DNA from: Lingula anatina
Taxonomy: Eukaryota > Animalia > Brachiopoda
Reading direction: 5' to 3'
Assembly: GCA_051362555.1 (NCBI GenBank)
Contig: CM120641.1
Location: 46,754,401 to 46,818,400, forward strand
Length of the DNA stretch: 64,000 bases
Both the position numbers and the translations under genes were made by a program. The first letter of the stretch is position 1; each line of letters opens with the position of its first letter. Shown one piece after another: positions 41,461 to 53,502 of the stretch. The notes under the pieces are model-generated. The model made no database searches and had not been told where the DNA came from. It was given only the letters and a program-made list of their open reading frames with translations.

Positions 41461-42793
41461 TTGTTGCTTTAAATTTTTTGATGAAAATTTGCAGAAATAT
41501 TTAAAATGTGATGAACAATGATTATAAAAAAGTAATATGTGTAGGTCCCTGCATCGCAACAGTAACCCTTCCCCACACTCCCGTTTCATTTGGCCGCCCT
41601 GTTCAAAATGCATGTGCTAGTACGTGCTCAATGTCGAGCAGTTTCGTTTGCTATGGGTATTCAATAAACACAGACCAGTTTCATTTGTCAATAGCAATAT
41701 AAAATCAACAGAAATTTATCAGGCATTATTTTGTCTGCGTCACGGCCCTCATATTCCCATATGATGTAGTCTGGCTGACAGCAGACGATATATTGGCTTG
41801 TAAATTTCAGTTTGCCTAATTCATTCCTCCTCTAACGCTAATGACAAATTAAGTTTTTTGTTTGTATTTATACATGCACGGTGCTTTTCTTGGAAGAGGT
41901 GCAAGCTTTCAGTTTGTTCAGCAATGTTTTTTTAAAACAAATTTAGATAAAAAATAAAAGGGGTGACCTGAAAATGATTTTTAATGTTACTCGATCCACT
42001 CTTGCTAAATACGCAGGCGTGCAAATAGGGCCTAGTCGGTTTCATGCAAAAAATATCATCAAAATTATAATCTAACTCATCATTTAAACACATCAATAAG
42101 TTGTTATATCATACATCACGTCTTATCAATCTGAAAATACATATCAATTTGGAAAAACTTGAAAAGGACCAAAAATCACTACAAACAAGATTTAAATTGA
42201 CCAGTCTCATTTACTAAAGATCGTTTAATTTCATTTCTGAAAATAGGTTAGAGATTCCTCATTGCGGTTGTTGAGAAACACGCATACGTTGAAGTTGTCA
42301 CGATCTTCTTAAATCGCGTTTTTCAGGTTTTATTTTCATTCATTTATTTATTTATTTATTGGTGGGCAGGGGGGAGATAGGAGACAGAAATGGCGCATAT
42401 AGGCCTACTTCACTTGCGTGTCCATTGCATGTCTGGGATGTTGGAACAAGTTTACTGAAATCATTCAAAAGTAACACATGCTCAAATTTGTTTCCAAAAA
42501 AAGCGCCGATTCGGAGGGAGGGTCTTGGAGTGGTCTACTCAGTCCTCTCTTTCATACAATTTTCATCCTAAAATGAGGGGTTGGGGATGGGAGGGTCTTT
42601 GAGTGATCTACCCAATCCTCTCTTCCATACCACTTGCATCTTAAAAGTTGAAATGCGTTCTTTACTCGTATCCGAAAAAATATTAAATACCTTTTGCTGT
42701 GGGCTTTTTCTGTACTAGGCATCTACTTAAAAAAATTAAGGTATAAATTTGCATGGTATCAGTGCAACGAACAAATAAATAGAGAATCAGACT

Positions 42794-42931
42794 GAGAAAG
42801 ATAAGTCTGACAGTACACATGATAGAACGTTAACTCATGTGTACGAACTAGGAAGTAGCTGAAAGAGAAAGATAAGTCTGACAGTACACATGATAGAACG
42901 TTAACTCGTGTGTATGAACTAGGAAGTAGCT
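42794..42931. repeat. Two-copy ~70-bp tandem duplication upstream of the Shisa-like gene
   Basis: gagaaagataagtctgacagtacacatgatagaacgttaactc.tgtgta.gaactaggaagtagctg occurs twice, nearly identical. Confidence 0.9.
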
Positions 42932-42943
42932 GGCAGAGAAATT

Positions 42944-42965
42944 ACGTACGTCATCGTCACGTGAC
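42944..42965. promoter_or_regulatory. CLEAR/USF-type palindromic E-box (GTCACGTGAC) with adjacent CRE-like half site (ACGTCA)
   Basis: Exact GTCACGTGAC at 42956-42965, ending 29 bp upstream of the ATG at 42994. Confidence 0.55.
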
Positions 42966-42993
42966 TCGCCTAAGTTATTGCAAAACATACAAG

Positions 42994-45900
42994 ATGGCGA
43001 ACTGGGCTAAGCTTTTTGTCGTTGTCGTCTCCGCTCTAGCATATTTAGGTGAGTTGTCGAATTTGAATGTCAACAGATTTAAGAAAATTTGTTTAAACTA
43101 AGGGCGGGTACGTCAATAGATGTGAAAAATTCTCCTTCAAACTCAGCCAAATTTACAGTTATGCGGCATGTGCCGAAGTGCTTACCTGGATGCTGTAGTT
43201 GGGTGGCCGCCGCACTAGTGCTGGGACTCGGGTCTCTGAAATAGAGACCACTATATATTGATTCAGGGGTAGAAAGTGACCATAATCGGACATGCATCTT
43301 ATTGCAATGTTGTATTGCCGCGTTTGTAAATGTAACCTGTTGTCAAAGAAGTTAATGAACAGTTATTTTCAATAAGATTGCCCCCCCCCCCATTTTTTAG
43401 CTCCAAGGACATATTTGTTTGCAGAATATCTTACGTATTGGTTGACAGTGTTTATCATTCATGTTAAAGAAAAGAAATAAAATTCATGCAGGTATGAGTG
43501 AGTGGACATGTACATGTAGGGTCCATGTAGGCTCCAAGCTACTGTATAAAGGGTAGGATTGCCATACATTGTTTATACAAAGTAACGGCTACGGTACCGT
43601 ATATATATAAAGAAGATTTTTAAAATGACATGAACAGTTTGAAATTTATCCTTTAATTGAATTTATTCTTGTTGGATACTTAGATATAGCCTGAAATTTG
43701 TTTGTCAGATAATGAATTTTCAAAGTTTTGGGTAAATTACTTGACTTTGAATTAATTCAATCATGATTCAAGGGTTAAGAATTACGCAACTTTTTTCCTA
43801 ATGAGGATCATGTGAGAAATTGCAAAATTTGGGGCGGAATGAGGTCAGAAATAATCTGACAGAATTTATCTACAAATATTTTCCTAGTGATTTTCTCAGT
43901 TGTTTTCTCTAAAGTTATGTCAGAATTATAGCCTATGGAAAATAGTAAAAATTCACCATGCTTTGCTTGTCACTTTTTTGTTTTCTAAAAGCTAGGACAA
44001 ATACACAACTGATCTGCAGATTAAATACAGCCAACCCACTTGGAATGCTTATAGGGTAATTCCAGCAGGGAATCTATTCAGTGACTTTTAGAAGATTGAG
44101 CAGCAAGAATTTTAGTGGGTTGCCATATTTGATCCGCAATCTGTTAATCTGCTGATGTGAATGCATTTCATCCTTTTTGCTGAAAAGTTGGCACCATCAA
44201 AAAGCAAATTCTCACGCATGCCATATTCTAGTCTCCTAAAGCTTTTATGTCACACTTGGTAGATATCCTTGTTTTAGATGCTTTTAATCCTGGATAGCAT
44301 CAGCTTACTAGAAATCATATTAATCCAGGTGTTTCAACAACTTCAACTCAACTACTAGTACTGCAGACAAATAAAACTGCCAGTATTCTTCCATTGAAAT
44401 ACTTAAGTTTAACATGATGCCCATGACAAGAAGCGAGACAAAAGCTTGGTTGAAGAGCAGTTGATATTTCTATGTGTAAATTTTCTGACTCACATCTATC
44501 TTTATTAGTCTTAGTAGGCAGCTGAAAACAGTCCCGCTATTTTCACCTTGGTATCCTTTACTGATCAAAAATTCCCCGTGGACTTGCCCACATTCTCTGG
44601 CCTTGGAGGATGCCAAAGCAGAGATAAGCCCCTGATCAAATGACAGGATACTAGTACAGATATTTCCTAGTTAGTGAAAATGGAACTGTGTTGTACTTAC
44701 CTTGGCAAGTGTGGAATAGGGTTATAAATTTTCACGAAGTGTTATGTACCTTTGACATATACATATGGGATGAATGTCCTAAACTTATATAATTTTGAAC
44801 GCTTAATTCAAGCATGGGCTCGAAATAGGACATTACGTTTTAGACTTACTTAGTGGATAACGCGATCCAAAGACACCACGGTTCGTGTCGGATGTACGTA
44901 AGGTCGCACAAAGAAAACCCAAGTCCACATAATGACCAGTTTAATGGTTTATTGGTTGACGCTCTCTAAATACATCTTCTATATGAAGTCTCCAACTATC
45001 AAGCCGTCTCGCATGGCTCTGTCGAGCGGTCACCTTCGTCTTTTATGCAATATTTCTTATCAGTGGTGGATTCTGTGCTGCATTATTAGGCAATACATAC
45101 TAATTTTAATTATTCAAATTGCACACGTCCACTTAAGTTACATAATTACAGGTAAGGCCATAAAACGAGTCGATTGCACAAGCATGCTACTCTAATCAAA
45201 TTAATTAAAACGTCTGGGAATTATATTTGTGAACTCTACAGAAGCCTTGAGGTGAATTTATAGTTTTCCCCCATCTTCCTGGTGCATTTGACAATTGGGC
45301 CCTTGCATTTCTGTTGACACAATCAAAATGATCATAAAAGTGACAATTATCATAATTATAGTCACTGACCAGTGAAAAATTTTATGTAAATTTCAAACCT
45401 TATTATATTTTGCTAGTTGTTATTGTTACATCACATAATGATGTTTCCTTCCAGCTTAAGTTTTCTAAAAATATTGTTTTCTCATCCTTATTTTACACAG
45501 AATATGTAGATGCCCGTGGCGGTCGTGGTGGTGGTGGTCGTGGAGGCAGTCGTTCACGAGGGAGTTCCAGATCACGGTCCAGTTCAAGTTTAAGTCGTAC
45601 CAGAAGCAGCACATGGTGGAAAACAGCAGCAGCAGTGGGCACAGTGTATGGCCTGTCACGGTACCAAAGACGAAGAAGATACAAGATGGACCCAGACAGA
45701 GGTACAGATACTATAAATTAATTAATTGATTAAGTCGGGATGGGATCAGGGAAGGTGGGGCAAGTTGGGGGGGGGGGGGGGGGGGGACCTGACTTAACCA
45801 AAACACCTGCCAGATGATAGGTGGTAATACCTATCACAGCCCTCATTTTCCTGATGAAGTCTGACTGGTCAGCAGACAGAATATTGGCTGCGTTCCTCTT

Positions 45901-48900
45901 TAATTTAAACTGCAGCACATGGTGTGGTATCTGGTGAGAGAGCACTGAGTGGGCTGGTTAGTGTTTTGTTCTTTAAATATAACTGACAACCAGAGTGCTA
46001 GACCTGATATCTAATTAACTGCCAACAGGACTTCAAATAGATGCATCTGCATAGCTTCTTTTTATAGAAGATTATTGTAGAGGCACAGAAATAGTTATTT
46101 TTTTGCATTAATGTAAACAGTATTGTAGTGTGGTAGTTCTCTTAAATACTCTTGTGCTCAGTGCCTTCCCAACCAGGGTGCCAGATTGTGCAATACGCAG
46201 TCATGTGGCGGAAAGCAAAAATATAAAGTCTATTTGCAGCAAAAGTTCTATTTTACAAAGGTGAATAAAACATAAGTAACTTTATTTGAAATAGGAAGGA
46301 AACATAAATAAAACACACACGTTAAAAAGGATGTATTTAAAAAAAAAAAACTGAGATATGAATCATACAATTCAACTGTGAGTGGTATAAGACAAAAATC
46401 AATAGAACCCAGCCGCGGTGTGACAAGTATGTTAGTAATGGGAGAGCCAATATGTGCTGTTATGGCTGTCAGCATGAAAGGAAATTGTATTGATCGTTTT
46501 GTCATCTGGCTGGGCATCATTTGCTGCCATTTGAACACTGCTGAGTTGGTAGTACCAGAGAGAGAGAGAGAGAGAAGGTGGAAAGGAAAAAATCAAAAGA
46601 GTCTTCTGATTGACTCATAATATAGAAACATGGCTTAAATATTATGCAATTGAATATTTATTGGTGCAGGTTTGTTGGACATTTATTTTTGAACTTTTAT
46701 ATCTGAAATAGGACATCAGTAAGTGAGAGGCTTTTGGTGCTCAAAACAAAGATAATGATGTTTTAAAACTCTCATTGTAGGTTGTTAGTCCTTTTGTGTT
46801 TACCACTAATGATAGAAGAAACAATTTTATTGTGTGTGTGTACATAGGCCAAGCAAGTAAATACCATAAGGTTTGCATTCATAACACACCACTAATGAAC
46901 TTTTGAATTAAGCTCAATATCCTAACAGTATTTTTCGCTGTATGCTTTCAGAGCCCACACGTTGTTATAACAGCGCTAGGAGGTTCCAGGAAAATGGATC
47001 ACTTTTTAACGAGTTTATCTGCCCCGAGTGGGACCAGCCTGATGAGCTGGAGTATTGCTGTGGACCAGAGCTGCAGCAGTACTGTTGTGGCTTCTGGGAT
47101 GAGTAAGTAGATCAGGGGATATACAATGTATGTATACTTAAGGGATTAAGTTGATTTTGAAACTAATAATTGAAATTTATCTTTGTACCAATTGTCAGTG
47201 AGTCCACTTCATCTTTCAAAGTTAGTCCCTCTTTTTTTTTTTCTAAAAAGTTTGGTTTTTTGTAATGTTCTCCTAAGAGTTTATTACAAAGTGTAGCTAT
47301 CTATGGAGGTCACATGATGTGATGGCAAGCACAAATTCTAGAATAATTGTGCGGACTCCTGTTTTGGTGGTAAAATAGAATTATTATATATCCATGAGTT
47401 GTTAATGCTGTATTTATCGTGAAATATGGCTATCATATGAACAGTTGTTATCTCTTTAATGTATATTTCATCATACAAGTTGATGAATGCTGCTTACTGA
47501 AACCTAAATGTAACATTTGTAAAGAGGAAGGACATAAAAAAGGATGATTGATTTTTTTTCTGTCAATAAAAATACTTCAGTACCAAAATTGACATTATAT
47601 TTCAGTGGTGGTCGAGTGGCAGGTGTTGTAATAGGAATATTGATTGCTGTAACTCTCGTCATTGGATGCATTGCTTGCTGTTGTTGTCAGGCAAGGAAGA
47701 GGAGAGCTTCATGTAAATGTAAGTCCAGAAATGAAACTACTGGTGCCCTTGTGTAAAAATATAAATATCATAATAAAAATGACTGTGTAGGCTATAGGTA
47801 AAATTCTTCTGTAAAAAGAATGGAAGTTTAAAATATAGAATGTCTCATGCATCTTATTTATTAAATATAGAATGTCTCATGCATCTTATTAAATTCGGAA
47901 TTTTCATGTCAGATTTAATTTTTAATGCCCCTCCCCCTCCAAAAAAAATGTTGAGGTACATATTTATCTGAGACTACAAATGCCACTCATATAGTTTTAC
48001 ATGGATGATAGAGAAAAAGTAATGCATAATTGCAACATAGTACCAAATACCTGGCATATGTGACCTGGTAGCTATGTGTAAGCACACAAACTATCCATAA
48101 TGCCTTGATATTTAGGAATGGTGCAGGAAGTGAAGGGAGGGTAGCTAATTATAGCTATGGGTCTGTGATGCTGTTGTATTTGAAAATAAGTAGACAGTAG
48201 GGTGATTTATTTTTCAAACTTCAGTAAAACATTTTCTTACATTAGAAACGGTTTTCATGTGCTGTATTTTTTTGCTTCATAATGTGTCATTATACTTGTA
48301 AAAATTGAGGTTCTCCAGGCCCATTGATGCTAATGTTTTTTTAAAGGTTTTTAAAGGTTTTTTAAGGTCAACAAGGTTGATATTCAAGGTCTTCCCTTCA
48401 CACACACATGTTCAGTAGCACACACACACGCATGTTCAGTAGCACACACACACACGCATGTTCAGTAGCACACACACACACGCATGTTCAGTAGCACACA
48501 CACACACACCTACTTGAATCTTACATTAATGAGATTTTTAAAATCACTTAAAAAGATATTCAAGAAAGATTTCATATTTGATAGATCATTTAACCATGTA
48601 TTCTGTTGATTCCATATATACATTAACACCATATCTGTCAAATAGATAAAACATTGTATTGATGTTTTTGACCTTCCCTTGCACTGTTCACGTCAAGCAA
48701 ATTACGTGGGCTGCAAACGGCTTAATTTCTTCTGGTGTGTATCAGGTCAATAACCAGACGTGACAGCTTGACGGATTGCAGTGTAATTTGTCAAACTAAA
48801 CTTAAAGCTGTGTTAATCATTTCAGCAACCACCACAGGAACTACAGAAATGACAAGTTATCCCAGTAGTGTACCAACCTATCAACCTCAGATGGCTCAGC

Positions 48901-51428
48901 CTCCCCCAGCATATCCTCTGAATCCTACAGGTAAGCGTTGTCCTTCCCACAGGTGTGTTGTTCTACAGGTAACTGTTGTCCTTCCCACAGGTGTGTTGTT
49001 CTACAGGTATGTGTTGTCCTTCCCACAGGTGTGTTATCCTACTTACCTGTAGGATAACACACAGGTGTGTGTTGTCCTACAGGTAAGTGTTGTCCTTCCC
49101 ACAGGTGTGCATTATCCTACATGTATGTGTTATCCTTCCTTAAGACATGTTTTCTAACAGGAACGGTGAGTATAGTATTGCTAAATGTTTATACTAGTGT
49201 TTAGCGATACAATAAACCTGAAAAGGAATATGTGAATAGATGTTTTGATGTTGGGCCATTTCATAGCATAGCCTTCACTATAACAAAATTTTAAAAGCAT
49301 TGTCTTTTTGTCCCTTCTGTGCAAAACAGTTCAGTACTAGGAGGCTAAAATCAAGCACAGTTCTGAAAACTTTCAATTAACACATAGATAATTTTAATGC
49401 CAAGACGTGGCATGAAATTTCCTTCAAACTGTAGAAAATTCCAAACTTAATTCAGAAAATGCAGTTGGTATGAGTGCTTTGATTTGAATGGAAAATGTGA
49501 TGTTTACATTGGGTATGAAGTGTAAAGCACAGAGTACATGATTGAAGTATGTTGCAGTGTAGTATTTCTGTAGTACACTATTTGACCCCATTCCCACAGA
49601 TTTTAGATCGATCTATCCCTGTGGGGAGTCTCACTAGATTACTGTCAGCTTGGCCAGCTTAAGCATCTGCCCCGCCTACTAAAAGCTGTAAGGGGGTAAT
49701 TAACTACCTTTAATTTAGCGTGAATCCCCAGGAAGTTAGGTCGTTCTAGATGGATCGATCTAAATCTATGGGAATGCAGTCTTTGACTTGGTGTACTGTG
49801 ACTGCACCTGGTAATGTGTGTACATATGGGTAGTAGTAGCATTGGTTTAATATGGTGCTTAAACCAACACTGAATTCCAATTCAACTTATTTTAGATGAA
49901 ACCAGCCAACCGCTTATGAGCAGCTCAGGTAAAATGGGCACCCTTATTTGTGGGTTATTGATACAGACCAAGATTATTCTTTCAAAAAGTGGTTGAGGCC
50001 GTAATTTGGTTGCATGGTTGAGTATTAACTGTTACTCAGTAAATATAATGAAATGGTATACAAACTATCTTCCAAAAGTCTTGCTATGGTGAAACTCAGT
50101 TATTTGTCTTTTCAGTTGTATAGTTTTCTCTTGGTGAAAGGGGACTATTGTTGAAAACATAGTAGATTATTTGAAGCTTGCATGATTCAACACACTCAAA
50201 CACACACTAAGTTGCTCTAATCCCCAAACTTTCCTCCACTCTGTGTTGCCCAGTAATTATTGTAAAAGCCTTTTTTGTCTGCTTAGCCGAGCCATACCTG
50301 GTCTAAATTAATCATAAGCTATTAACGCTGATAACTTGGGCGACATATCTCTGTGTTGCCACCACTGTCCTCCAAGAAACCCTGGGGAATAGTTATTTTG
50401 CTTTTTGCATGCTTTTCTGATGAGTCAGACAAATGTATCAACAGATGTATGATGAAGTATTCCATTTGAATTTGTGTAAGTGCTCTGTGTTATATTGGCA
50501 TTGTCACTTCTGCAAGATGTGCCTGATCAGCTGTAAATTGCTGTCTTGTTTGTTGTATTATTTAAGCATTACCTGATTTGGTTATCTTTCTACTGTAGGC
50601 CTTGATGAAATGTAGAATGAAAAGTAATAAGCATCTTCACAGTGAATGTGGGGATATTCTGACAACTGTTCCTGGATTTCCTATTTTTTTTTTCTTGTAA
50701 AGTAATTTATTTGGAATATTTTCCAGATGTTTCTCCATATTTATATTATCACAGGTGAAATGTTTCATTTCAGGTGAAAAGGATGCCTCTGGTCCAGGCT
50801 TCTCCCCCTATCCACCCACTGACCAACCTGGTTACCCCCCTCAGCCATACCCCCCACAGCCTTATCCACCTCCTGCAGGGTTTAACACAGGAGACAGTAA
50901 GTTCTTCAGTTTTATCAACATTATAAGGGCTTGTAAAGATCTGTGGCTATAGAAATGAAAAATATATGACTGGTTTATGTACTGTATGTTTGAGTAATGG
51001 GCAAAACATTATTTGGCTAAAATAAAAAAGTATCCCTTTAATGACTTTAGAAAACCTTCATTATTTATTAATCAAGATTATGAATGCCTTGGGGCTGCAT
51101 TTTTGTACTCAAGTGATTATCTTATATTCAAGATGGCTGCACTGAAATGCTTTGTTAATCAGAGGAATTTGCCAGGCTTCTGATCTGCACTTTAGTCTAA
51201 AGCAGTGAATGTAGCATTGAAATGGCACTGCCTCTGTTATGAAATGGACATTATTGAAATGGAATCTAAACATGTATATATCTGCATAGTAAAGATTAAA
51301 CTGAAATTATATATATGTATTATTTATAATCTTGCAAAACCATATCTTCAGGTAAATTAAATGTTTTTATTTTAGATCCTCCCTACCCAGTGGCTCCCCC
51401 ACCCCCATATGATAACTACAAGCAGTAG
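42994..51428 (+). CDS. Single-pass type I membrane protein of the Shisa-like/CX six-cysteine (STMC6) group with Shadoo-like N-terminal region and PPxY tail (277 aa)
   Basis: Exons 42994-43048, 45501-45701, 46952-47102, 47606-47718, 48826-48930, 49896-49928, 50774-50896, 51376-51428; all GT-AG, phases consistent, 834 nt. Signal peptide MANWAKLFVVVVSALAYLEYVDA; RGG/RS tract; C..C..CC..CC domain (CYNSARRFQENGSLFNEFICPEWDQPDELEYCCGPELQQYCC); TM VAGVVIGILIAVTLVIGCIA; CCCC + RKRR; Pro/Tyr tail with PPAY and PPPY. Confidence 0.88.
47141..47455. mobile_element. Kolobok-like MITE, copy 2 (intron 3 of the Shisa-like gene)
   Basis: Shares tagctatctatggaggtca, gtggtaaaa and gttatctct|ttaa with 37995-38366. 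Confidence 0.65.
48400..48509. repeat. Minisatellite (CA-run + catgttcagtag) x4
   Basis: catgttcagtagcacacacac.. repeated four times with variable CA length. Confidence 0.9.
48924..49140 (+). repeat. ~38-bp tandem repeat made of duplicated splice junctions at the exon 5 donor, with one inverted unit
   Basis: Units ctacag|gta....ttgtccttcccacag|gtgtgttgtt; perfect 14-bp hairpin gtgtgttatcctac (49029-49042) / gtaggataacacac (49049-49062). Confidence 0.9.
49584..49782. mobile_element. Palindromic MITE, same family as the copies at 59520-59790 and 55527-55713
   Basis: Terminal inverted repeats attcccacagattttagatcgatc / gatcgatctaaatctatgggaat; shares gcgtgaatcccc and gggga.tctcacta with the other copies. 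Confidence 0.7.
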
Positions 51429-51833
51429 ACCTGTGATGAATGCAGTGCATGAAGCAGCCAGAAGAGGGCAGCACTGCACTAAGTCTACAAGACATGCATA
51501 GCATACCATGTGTGAGATGAAGAAACATATGCCTTTCCGTGATGTTTTTTTTTTTTTCAATGACAATAAATCAGAACTTTTATTTGCATAATTTTTAACA
51601 AATTATTAAAGACTACCTCTTGCGGAGGTAAGGATAAAAGGCCCGTATTGACCCTGTAGATATATCTTCAGTTCTGTTTCTGTGCTTGTAGTTTTCCACA
51701 GATTTTTCACGGCTGTACATTTGTACTCCCATCATTAATGATAAGACAAGAAAATCTGTTTTATGGTACTTAATGTTGTTGCAAAGAATTGAAGCTACCA
51801 AATTTCTTCACTATGAAGTAAATAAGGTGGCAC

Positions 51834-51870
<37 letters not shown>

Positions 51871-53359
51871 GCGGATTATTTGTAAAGAGGGTTATTATAA
51901 CTTTAAATAATCATTGAAAAATTTTATACTAAAATAAATGAAAAAGAACATTGTAGAACAAAAATTTATTGTGTTTAAATCAAATATTTCAGGAAAGAAG
52001 TAGAATTAAAGATGAAACAGCAAAAGAGCAAAACATATTCTTGATAATGTGAGGTTTTGTATTTTTGCTACATCAGTGTTAAATTCTTGTATGTAGTGGA
52101 CACTTGTACGTACATATTTAAGTTCCTGGTGTATGATGTGAAAGTCTTTAAACTTTGTTGTGATGACAAGGAATTATGCTAAAAAACTGGAATCTGATTA
52201 TATGAAAAGTTTTTTCTGAATTAACACTTGTATAATGTAATATTATAATCATAGTTTGGTCAAATTTAACAACAAAATGGGTTTTATCGAGGTGTACTTT
52301 TCCATGTTGCAGTTACTATGGTAACCCAAGCTTTTATGATATACTTCTTCAAGTATAGTCACATGTAATATTTCCACAAGACAACCCTATGGAGTATTCA
52401 ACCCGAATCAAGTTTTCATTTACTAAAAATGTTTGAATTATTTTTTATAATGTTTACACTGTTGTGTCTGATCCTCTCTCTGTCTGACTTTTAGAAGATT
52501 TTGAAGCTGTTTAAAACCTAACCATTTTTCCAGAAATGAATTTTATGTGCGTCTTTTGTATTTTCTATTGATATTTTGTGTGTTGAATGTTTGTTTTATT
52601 GTGATAACTGATTTGTAATGTGCAAGGAATGAAGACGCTGCTGTATTTAAACACTTGCTTTCTATATATTGAGAATTAGATGCCAATTGTGTTATATTGA
52701 TATACAGATTTTAGGATAATCACGATATAGGGAAGAACAAAATAAGCTATAACAGTACATAACTATTACAGTTATTATTTTAGTCCTTTTTATGTTTAAT
52801 TTCATTAGTGTGTTTCAATGAAAGTATCTCATCCAAGATTTTTGAAAATACAGAAATACTGGTATGATATGCAAGGTTATGGCCAAAACTTACTTACTGA
52901 AGTATTTACTTAGTAATTGTTTTACATCTGGCAAAGAATCAGTGCTCTGTAGGTATTCTTTATATATTCTGTATGTGTGATACATTCATGATGTAATATA
53001 TATACATACATGTGATGTGTATTTTTACATGATGTTTCTTAAATGGAGATGATTGATGAAGACAGTTTTTATGCTGAATTCTTATACAAAGTATAAGAAA
53101 AGTATCTCACTTTTTCATTCATTTCTACGTAAAATATTTTTTCTTTTACATGAAGTAGAAGACCTGTAAACTTCAGCATGAATCAATAAATTTTTTATCT
53201 AGTGCATTCTTTAAGTTTTGAAGGATATGTGTACATTTCTGTCAAATATTGTGGCATTTAACTATAACACCTTTCCCAGTTCATTCCTCACTGAAATCGG
53301 CATGCACCTTTGTAAATGTAATATCCCATGTGTGATTTTATTAATTGATGATTCACTGA

Positions 53360-53430
53360 ATTCACTGAAGTTATGTTGATTACAGACAAACAAACGGGTG
53401 AAAACATAATCTCCTTGGCGGAGGTAAAAA
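53360..53430 (-). mobile_element. Terminal fragment of a DINE-1/Helentron-like non-autonomous element
   Basis: Minus strand reads ttacctccgccaaggagattatgttttcacccgtttgtttgtctgt: a short inverted repeat followed by a (TTTG/TCTG) microsatellite, the typical arrangement of such elements. Recognised from memory only. Confidence 0.4.
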
Positions 53431-53502
53431 CTTGTCCATGGATGTAGGCATGCATTGCACCTTGGGATACAAGCCTGTCTTCGAGTTTGAAATTTCTATT
53501 TT

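Noticed and set aside
45493-45684. Antisense Pro/Arg-rich ORF
   Set aside because: Mirror of the GC-rich sense exon 2; it has no splice support of its own.
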